64,000 bases of DNA from Octopus sinensis (Eukaryota). Position 1 is the first letter of the stretch. Every line of letters begins with the position of its first letter. Below are positions 53,876-64,000 of the stretch, one piece after another. The notes under the pieces were generated by a model that had not been told where the DNA came from, made no database searches, and worked only from the letters and a program-made list of their open reading frames with translations. The translations under genes and the position numbers were made by a program. The stretch covers positions 68,738-132,737 of the forward strand of contig NW_021832284.1 of NCBI RefSeq assembly GCF_006345805.1. The letters run 5' to 3'.

Positions 53876-54755
53876 TGTATGTATGTATGTATGTTTGTAT
53901 GTATGTATGTATGTGTGTGTGTATATATGTATGCATGTATTTATTTTTATATGTATGTGTGTATGTATGTATGTATGTATATATGTATGTCTATATGTAT
54001 GTATGTATGTATGTATGTATATATGTATGAATGTATGTATGTATGTATATATGTATGTATGTATGAATGTATGTATGAATGTATGTATGTATGTATGTGT
54101 GTATGTATGTATGTATGTATGTATGTATGTATGTATGTGTGTATGTATGTATGTATGTGTGTATGTGTGTATGTATGTATGTATGTGTGTGTGTATGTAT
54201 GTATGTATGTATGTATGTATGTGTGTATGTATGTATGTATGTATGTATGTGTGTATGTGTGTATGTATGTATGTATGTATGTGTATGTATGTATGTATGT
54301 ATGTATGTATGTATGTATGTATGTGTGTGTGTATGTATGTATGTATGTATGTGTGTATGTGTGTGTATGTATGTATGTATGTATGTATGTATGTGTGTAT
54401 GTATGTATGTATGGTGTATGTATGTATGTATGTATGTATGTATGTGTGTATGTATGTGTGTATGTGTGTATGTATGTATGTATGTATGTATGTATGTATG
54501 TATGTATGTATGTGTGTATGTATGTGTGTATGTGTGTATGTATGTATGTATGTATGTATGTATGTGTGTGTATGTATGTGTGTATGTGTGTATGTATGTA
54601 TGTATGTGTGTGTATGTATGTATGTATGTATGTATGTATGTATGTATGTGTGTATGTATGTATGTATGTATGTATGTATGTGTGTATGTGTGTATGTATG
54701 TATGTGTGTATGTGTGTATGTATGTATGTATGTATGTATGTGTGTATGTATGCAT
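53846..54755. repeat. Long (TATG)n/(TG)n microsatellite
   Basis: Directly visible. It is the source of the spurious MYVC/HTYI ORFs. Confidence 0.98.
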
Positions 54756-55186
54756 GCACGTAGACATTCGGTGGTCTCGAGTGTCCGTGGATCTGCGTCC
54801 GAAGAAATAGTGTCAGCTGCTGGTAACGGCACTTCGTTTGCTGTGGTTGTAGATGCCCACACAGGAGTGGCTGTCACGCATGAACCGACTACATTTGAAG
54901 GAGCTCTCTGCCGGCGCAACTGGTTTTACCTTCCGTCGGGTGTACTTTTTTTTTGGTGGTGAGTTCCTGTTTTTCTTCCCCTCACTTCATCCCCTTTTCA
55001 ATATCTCGAATGGCGGCGATCATCTGCCGCATCCTCCCACCTCAGGACGACCAGATAAAGCGACTTCATATCTCTCTCGCAGACCTCCTTGAAACAAAGA
55101 TGAACTCGCCATCGAGTCCTTGTGCCAGTGGCATATATCTATGATATTATTCGTAGGAGAATGTTCTGCCATCTCTAAATTAAATA

Positions 55187-55642
55187 TTGGGTTGTCCGGA
55201 AAGTTCGTGCCGATTTATAGTAGCATACCTTTCGACTTACCCTCCCAGGCACCTCAATTCTGGGAAGATGATATTTTCAAGTTAATAAGGCGGCGAGCAG
55301 GCGGAAACGTTAGCACGCCAGGCGAATTGCTTAACGTATTTCGTTCGCCGTTACGTTCGGAGTTCAAATTCCACCGAGGTCGACTTTACCTTTCATCCTT
55401 TCGGGGTCGATAAATTAAGTACCAGTTACACACATTAATCGACTTAATACCTTTGGGTGTCCTTGTCTTTTCCCCTCTGTGTATAGCCCCTTTTGGGTAG
55501 TAAAGAAATAAGTATTTTCAAGTTAAAGGAAAAATTGTGCAACAAAATGGTTCATATTTGGTTGATTAAAAATGTAATGGCAAGTATTTATTGGCATTTT
55601 TCTTTCCTTTAAAAATCGGTACGAACTTTCCGGATAACCCAA
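55187..55642. mobile_element. Tc1/mariner MITE with nested SINE (about 55288-55510)
   Basis: TIR ttgggttgtccggaaagttcgtgccgattt with TA TSDs. The nested SINE is flanked by tattttcaagttaa direct repeats. Confidence 0.8.
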
Positions 55643-55695
55643 TAGATATTAAACTTGCTTTTTAAAAATTTAACATATATTACCATCAAGTTGTT

Positions 55696-55822
<127 letters not shown>

Positions 55823-55824
55823 GC

Positions 55825-55870
<46 letters not shown>

Positions 55871-55911
55871 TATATGCGTGTGTGTGTGTGTGTATATATA
55901 TATATACTTAC

Positions 55912-55950
55912 TGGCACCTTCACTGGCTGGCAGAATAATTGCAGGGAAAG
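55912..55950 (-). CDS. Exon 2 ([13 protein letters not shown], end of signal peptide)
   Basis: tttcag acceptor, gtaagt donor, 39 nt, phase 1-1, small residues at the predicted cleavage site. Confidence 0.75.
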
Positions 55951-56063
55951 CTGAAATAAAGAAACCAGAATGTTAGAAATGAACAGAACAAAAGACGCGT
56001 TCTTTGTAAGAAATCTACAATGAAAATAAGATCTTTTGTTGAATAGTGAAGATTTGATCTTAC

Positions 56064-56103
56064 CAATTATTGCAAGCAGTTTGAATGCTCCTACGTTAAA
56101 CAT
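56064..56103 (-). CDS. Secreted WSC-EGF-VWA-VWD protein, coding exon 1 ([13 protein letters not shown], signal peptide start)
   Basis: ATG at 56103, donor G|gtaaga, phase 1. It joins exon 2 to give a hydrophobic signal peptide [26 protein letters not shown]. Confidence 0.75.
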
Positions 56104-56123
56104 GTTGCTCTGTGAATACTCGG

Positions 56124-56163
56124 CAAATGATGTACGTTCCTCATATCTTCACATCTATATATA
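56124..56163 (-). promoter_or_regulatory. Putative TATA box and initiator (also in the duplicate at about 57045-57084)
   Basis: TATATATAG about 30-35 nt upstream of Inr-like TCATTTG, which lies about 25 nt before the ATG. Confidence 0.45.
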
Positions 56164-56503
56164 GAGGGATGTATATATGCGTGTGTGTGTGTGTGTGTGT
56201 GGTGTGTGTGTGTGTGTGTGTGCGTGTGTGCCTGTGTGCGTGTGTGAATGTAAGCAAGTGTATGTATTTGTATAAGCGTGTATATGGCCTGGATTTTTAT
56301 ACGTGTTTATCTCTATGTATATATGTGTGTGTGTGTGTGTGTATTTGTATATATGTGTGTATTTGTATATATGTGTGTATATCTATATACATAAAAGCCA
56401 ACATGCTTGCATACATACGTGCATACGAGTTTGTTTTTTTATATCACCGAAATTGGCATGTTCATACATCAATCGAATTATATGTGCGCGTGTGGATTTG
56501 TAT

Positions 56504-56579
<76 letters not shown>

Positions 56580-56743
56580 ATGTATGTATGTATGTGTGTA
56601 TGTATGTATATATGTATGTATGTATATATGTATGTATGTATATATGTATGTATGTATATGTATGTATGTATATATGTATGTATGTATGTTGTATGTATGT
56701 ATGTGTATGTATGTATATATGTATGTATGTATATATGTATGTA

Positions 56744-56801
<58 letters not shown>

Positions 56802-56832
56802 TGTGTGTGTGTGTATATATATATATACTTAC

Positions 56833-57024
56833 TGGCACCTTCACTGGCTGGCAGAATAATTGCAGGGAAAGCTGAAATAAAGAAACCAGAATGTTAGAAA
56901 TGAACAGAACAAAAGACGCGTTCTTTGTAAGAAATCTACAATGAAAATAAGATCTTTTGTTGAATAGTGAAGATTTGATCTTACCAATTATTGCAAGCAG
57001 TTTGAATGCTCCTACGTTAAACAT
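56833..57024 (-). other. Duplicate copy of exon 1 (56985-57024) and exon 2 (56833-56871)
   Basis: Same sequence as 55912-56103 at offset 921. Confidence 0.85.
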
Positions 57025-57420
57025 GTTGCTCTGTGAATACTCGGCAAATGATGTACGTTCCTCATATCTTCACATCTATATATAGAGGGATGTATATATG
57101 CGTGTGTGTGTGTGTGTGTGTTGTGTGTGTGTGTGTGTGTGTGTGCGTGTGTGCCTGTGTGCGTGTGTGAATGTAAGCAAGTGTATGTATTTGTATAAGC
57201 GTGTATATGGCCTGGATTTTTATACGTGTTTATCTCTATGTATATATGTGTGTGTGTGTATTTGTATATATGTGTGTATTTGTATATATGTGTGTATATC
57301 TATATACATAAAAGCCAACATGCTTGCATACATACGTGCATACGAGTTTGTTTTTTTATATCACCGAAATTGGCATGTTCATACATCAATCGAATTATAT
57401 GTGCGCGTGTGGATTTGTAT

Positions 57421-57476
<56 letters not shown>

Positions 57477-58101
57477 ATATATATATATATATGTATGTAT
57501 GTATGTTTGTATGTATGTATGTATGTATGTATATATGTATGTATGTATATATGTATGTATGTATATGTATGTATGTATATATGTATGTATGTATGTATGG
57601 TATGTATGTATGTGTATGTGTGTATGTATGTATATATGTATGTATGTATATATGTATGTATGTATTATGTATGTATGTATATATGTATGTATGTGTGTGT
57701 GTGTGTGTGTTTTATGTGTGTTGAAGTGTATGAGTATATATGTGCGTGCATGCACGTGTACGTGTGTGCATGTGTGCATTATTATTCACAGGTTTCTTAC
57801 ATTGGATTCCTATAAAAGAAAAAAAGAAAACAAGAAAATAAACTTAATACCAACAGGTGTTTTCTTTTTCATTGTTTGAAATCACGTTTGAAAACATTGT
57901 CAATATTTATTTCAGTTCTTACAAATAACCATCAATATTCTAACACAACTTTCAATAAGTGGACTGTTGTTTTAACGCATTTTTAGAACCTCAACGATTA
58001 AGTACACGCCTTAAAGCATCTGCTGCCATTTTACTTAATCACGATCAGAACTTGTTTTAAATCATAATACATAACATAAAGACATATCGATATTCTTATC
58101 C

Positions 58102-58170
<69 letters not shown>

Positions 58171-58184
58171 CATCATTATTATTG

Positions 58185-58740
58185 TGTGAGAGAGCAGTGC
58201 ATGCCATCAAAGTGACACTGGGGTAAAATATACGAAGCCCAGTATACCCGTCACGACTACCCATCTGATAAGGGTACGCTAGGCACATGCATTACAACTA
58301 TATGTGTGCGACATGGTGATCTCATATCAGAATAAACAGCACATCACCTTGCAGGTGGGACCCAATTACAATTATCTTCTGGTCGAGTAGCCCATCTCGC
58401 TCAAAAGGTCCCTGAATAAGGGTTGTTTAAAGATGTTGAACGAAACACCCATGTTTCCAGAGGTGAATTTTTCAAACTCCAAAGAATCCCTCTCAACACA
58501 TGTCTGAAATGCTCCCCCACTACTTCTGCTCATGATCAGAGATGCACATATCGTCAGCCACTAAGGGACATGGTCAACTGGTTAAGGTCAAACAACTGAC
58601 AGGCAAATCTGTGATATTGAGCAGTATGTTTGCTGTATCCCATCTTTTATACCAAGACAAAACAATGTACATGATAACACTTCCAATCAGTTAAGATCAG
58701 AAGCCATGAGAGCCACTGTCTGGTACTGCATCAGAGCATT
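58185..58740. repeat. Non-coding insert between (TAA)n arrays
   Basis: Complex sequence bounded on both sides by (ATT)n, with no convincing ORF. Confidence 0.4.
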
Positions 58741-58744
58741 TATG

Positions 58745-58822
<78 letters not shown>

Positions 58823-59059
58823 GTTTGACCTTTGCTTTATGTCTGTACAATTTGGCTCCAAGTCTCACCCAGAGACCTCAAGAGACAACAGGTTGGAAGT
58901 TCACATTGTTGTTATGCCTAGTGTGCCATATATTTTTTTTTGGGGGGGGGTTGTGTTGTACTAGTGAATGTCTAATACATAAAAATAAAAAAAATAAATA
59001 GAAAAATAAAATTTAAAAAAATTTTTTAAATAAAATAAAAAAGTTTGTTGTAAACCTTG

Positions 59060-61310
59060 GGATTACATAGAGAGTATTTTGCGTAGGATATGAGCAGTTC
59101 CCATGAGCACTATCTTTTGAATTTCTGCCATTTTGGGGTTTCCTGGTATCTGAGTTAGGTAGCTATCATTCCCAGGGCACCTATGACAACAGGTATTGTT
59201 TTAGTCTTCAGCTTCCACATTTTTGCTGATTTCTATTTCAAGATCTTTATATTTGCTCAGTTTTTGGTAGGTCTTGACAGATACGTTTATATCGATTGGG
59301 ACAGTCATATCAATGAGGAGGCATGTTCTTTGTCTGAAGTCTTTCAATATGATGTCTGGCCTATTTGCATCTATCTTCCTGTCAGTTTGAATGGTGAAGT
59401 TCCAGAGGAGTGAGATGTTGTCATTTTCAAGCACTGAAGGTGGATTGTGCTCCCACCAGTTTTTTTCATGGGGCAAATCCAGGTTTTTGCAAATTACCCA
59501 GTGAATATATTGTGCAGCTCTATCATGCCTGTTGAGGTACTCTGTAGGCGCTAGAAGACTGCATTTGGAGACAACATGATCAATGGTTTCATTTTGTTGT
59601 CGGCATACACGACATGTTGGGCTACTGCCGTTCTTTAATATGTTGGCCTGGTAGTTTCTTGTTGGTAGGCATTGATCTTGAGCTGCTATGATAAACCCCT
59701 CTGTTTCAGATTTTAAGCCAGAGGCCATTAGCCATTGATGGGTCAGGGCTTTGTCAATATCTGCATTATTCGCTCTCTTTGGGTATTTGCCATATAGAGG
59801 TTTTTCTTGCCATTTATTATTCAGAATATCTAAGGCCGCAGTTTTGGCACGGGTTTTCATGCGCCTAGCTTTTTCTGTGCTTGTTTCTTGTATGTCTATC
59901 TCTGATTCCGAAATTGGTTGTATTCGGAATTCACTTAGATATTCCTTTGCCTGTTTTGTGACTGAGTATGATGCTTTCTTGTTTTCATGTTTTGAGACAA
60001 GTTTTAACATCCAGTCCTCAGAGCTTTTCAGGTAGGTGTCTAGGCCAATTGTAGCAATCTTCATTGTTATTGCCAGTTGCAAAAGACCACGGCCTCCCTC
60101 TTTTCTTGGCAGATAAAGTCGTTCTGTATCTTCCTTAGGGTGGTGCATTCTATGCATTGTCAACAGTTTTCTTATTTTTCTGTCGAGCTGACATATTTCA
60201 GTAATTGACCAGTTAACAATATTGAAACTGTAAGTCACGACTGGTATCGCTTCGATCCTGTTTCTTGCATTCAGCTCTGTCTTGAGTATTGCTCTCACTC
60301 TTCGATAGCATTCTCTCCTGATCCTTTCCTTCATCTCTGAATGCCTTATTCCGTTCCCTTCAATTACCCCTAGGTACTTGTAGCTCTCCGCTGGGTCTAG
60401 TTCTTTTATGACATTCTGCTGGTCAAGGTTAACGTTAGATGTTTCTGTCATTTTTCCTTTGATAAAGGTAGCTTTTGCACATTTATCAAGGCCGAATTGC
60501 ATTCTGATGTCGTCACTGAATTGTTTGACTATCGCTAGTAAGCCCTTGAGTTGTTGATCATTTTTTGCAAAAAGCTTTAAATCATCCATGTAAATGAGAT
60601 GATTTATATTTTTATCAAACATTTTATACCCGTACTGCGCGTCATTGAGCAGCTTCGAGAGAGATATTAAAGATAAACAAAAGAGGAGTGGTGACAGTGA
60701 GTCACCCTGGAAAATGCCACACGAAATTTTTACATCACCAGCATTTAGGGATTCATTGTCACTGTTCAGAGTTAGTGTGGTTCTCCATGATCTCATATTT
60801 ACAGTCAAGAAGTTTCGCAGAGTAGGTGCTATCTTATACATTTCCAGGCATTTCCTAATCCAGCCATGTGGTAGGCTATCAAAAGCCTTTTTATAGTCTA
60901 TCCAGGCTATTGATAAGATTTTGTGTCGTTTGTGACAATCTTCTAAGATCATCTTATTGATGAGTAGTTGGTCTTTACAGCCGTAGGATCCACGTTTACA
61001 TCCTTTCTGTTCATTAGGGAATACGCTGCTGTCTGTTAAAAAACTATAGATATATTCCGTCAGGACAGATGTTAGCGTTTTGTACATAGTTGTTAAGCAG
61101 GTTATGGGTCTATAGTTTTTTGGTTCATTTGTTTCTTCACTTTTTGGAAGCAGGAATGTTAACCCATTAACTAGCCAAGGAGGCATCCTACTAGGGTGTT
61201 GCAAAACATCATTGTACAGTTCTGTTAGCAGTTCATGGCTCTCTGGGAAGGCATTCAGCCAGAAGTTAGGAATTTTATCCTTTCCTGGAGACTTCCATTT
61301 GCTTGACCTT
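59060..61310 (-). mobile_element. R4/Dong-type RLE non-LTR retrotransposon (5'-truncated)
   Basis: 667-aa ORF with RT (YRPI, QGDSLSP, YMDD), CCHC finger, RHD and PD-(D/E)xK nuclease. Bounded by (TAA)n. Confidence 0.95.
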
Positions 61311-61319
61311 ATTATTATT

Positions 61320-61355
<36 letters not shown>

Positions 61356-61371
61356 ATTATTATTATTATTA

Positions 61372-61862
61372 TTGCCTTTGCACAGCTTCTAATGCTGGAG
61401 ATGTATTACAGTGTCAGCTGTTCACTACAAGTGAACTAAGGTAACACCTCTTATTTTTCGAGGACCTTCCGGAGTATTCGAGCGGTTCCAAGCAGTGCTA
61501 TTTTTTGCAAGAGCTCCGCCCTTTTTGCAGCCCCTATTCCTTCCACGTACTTCTAGAGGCTTTTGCTCTCTGTTTCCAGGGCTCCGACAATTATTGGTAC
61601 TACTGCTTCCTTTTTCATCGCCCACAACTGCTTTACTTCCCAGCTAACCTGTCATATCTCTCAACTTTTCTTTCTTCCTTATCGCATACCTTATTGTCGG
61701 CTGGGCATGCTATATCTATAATCCATCATAGTTTGTTTTCTTTCCCAATTAAGACTATGTCCGGCTTCGTATTCTGTATCTCATAGTCGCACTGAATCAT
61801 AAAATCCCATACAATCTTTGCATTTCCATTTCGACGATACCTTCAGGTTTGTAGTGGTACCA
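61372..61862 (-). mobile_element. R4/Dong 3' fragment (RLE domain)
   Basis: WDF...KPDIVL...IIDIACP remnants between (TAA)n/(CAA)n arrays. Confidence 0.8.
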
Positions 61863-61864
61863 AT

Positions 61865-63255
<1,391 letters not shown>

Positions 63256-63299
63256 GTCATTATTATTATTATTATCATTATTATTATTATTATTATTAT

Positions 63300-64000
63300 T
63301 ACTTTTTTTTTCTTCTTTCAAATTTTCTTCCATTTCTTGCCGAGTGTCTTCCCGACTCCTAGGGCAAAGAAACTCATAGTGTATATTGGTAGGCTATTAA
63401 ACCAAACTCAGTAGTTCGTTCATTTTTTTTTTTTTTTTTTTAAGTTAAATTAAAATACATGAGCAGCAACAGTTCTCACATCGACAATGCTCTTCTCAAT
63501 ACGTGTGATGTACCAGTTAAGACAATCTTTTGCACTTCTTGCAGGGATGGTAAGCCAGGGATCATTCTCATATAATTTTCGGTTCCCTTCTTGATCATTC
63601 CTAGTGCTCCTACGATCACTGGTATTGTAACCGCCTTGAGATGCCACATTTTCTCAATTTCAATGAGTAGGTCTTTATATTTTCTGAGCTTGTCAAACTC
63701 TTTCGCTGAGATATTATGATCACAGGGGATGCTCATGTCGATCAATAAGCAAACTTTATTGTTTTGGTCTTTCACAACAATATCTGGTTTATTGGCCTTG
63801 GTGGTTCGGTCTGTATGTACTGGAAAGTCCCACAGAATGGTTACATTTTCTCCTTCAGTTACAGCCTCAGGGTGGTGATTATACCACTTGTCGGCAGTTT
63901 TGATATTGTAATGCCGACGTATTAGCCAGTGGAGATATTGGCCAACTCTGTCATGTCTTAATTTATACTCCACTGGTGCTAAGACTTTACATCCAGAGAT
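63300..64000 (-). mobile_element. R4/Dong 3' fragment (runs off window)
   Basis: RHD, WDF, KPDIVV, LIDMSIP and K..KY motifs, with 3' end at (TAA)n. Confidence 0.9.

Noticed and set aside
53798-54962. Long ORFs of 240-370 aa with MYVC/HTYI repeats, and similar YIYI, LSIY and THTH ORFs throughout the window
   Set aside because: They are stop-free translations of microsatellites, open in several frames on both strands.
54765-55140. GC-richer island with short ORFs
   Set aside because: No recognisable motif or splice pattern. It is probably an unclassified TE fragment.
57801-57809. Possible 9-nt micro-exon (ag-GAATCCAAT-gtaaga, minus strand) upstream of the gene
   Set aside because: I could not connect it to an open frame, and a TATA/ATG start already exists downstream. 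It needs RNA evidence.

Overview
Eukaryotic, very repeat-rich DNA. The SINE families and dense (TA)n/(CA)n/(GATA)n/(CATA)n/(TAA)n tracts suggest a coleoid cephalopod such as Octopus, which is an inference from composition. I reconstructed one multi-exon host gene by hand on the minus strand (about 56103 to 22189). It has 18 GT-AG exons with consistent phases, totals 2892 nt (about 963 aa), and encodes a secreted signal peptide-WSC-7x cationic EGF-VWA-VWD-C8-TIL-Cys-rich protein. Most of these exons are missing from the ORF track. The gene shows tandem EGF exon expansion, pseudo-exons and a duplicated 5' end. The rest is mobile DNA: a near full-length Penelope-like element with pLTRs carrying hammerhead ribozymes, further dispersed hammerheads including core variants, a TSD-bounded ORF1-only (half-L1-like) retroelement, Tx1/L1 and R4/Dong LINE fragments in specific microsatellites, mariner fossils and MITEs, a 9-bp-TSD MITE, many tRNA-derived SINEs, several fold-back palindromes and a segmental duplication at 14658 bp offset. 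All calls come from reading the sequence by eye, and no searches were run.
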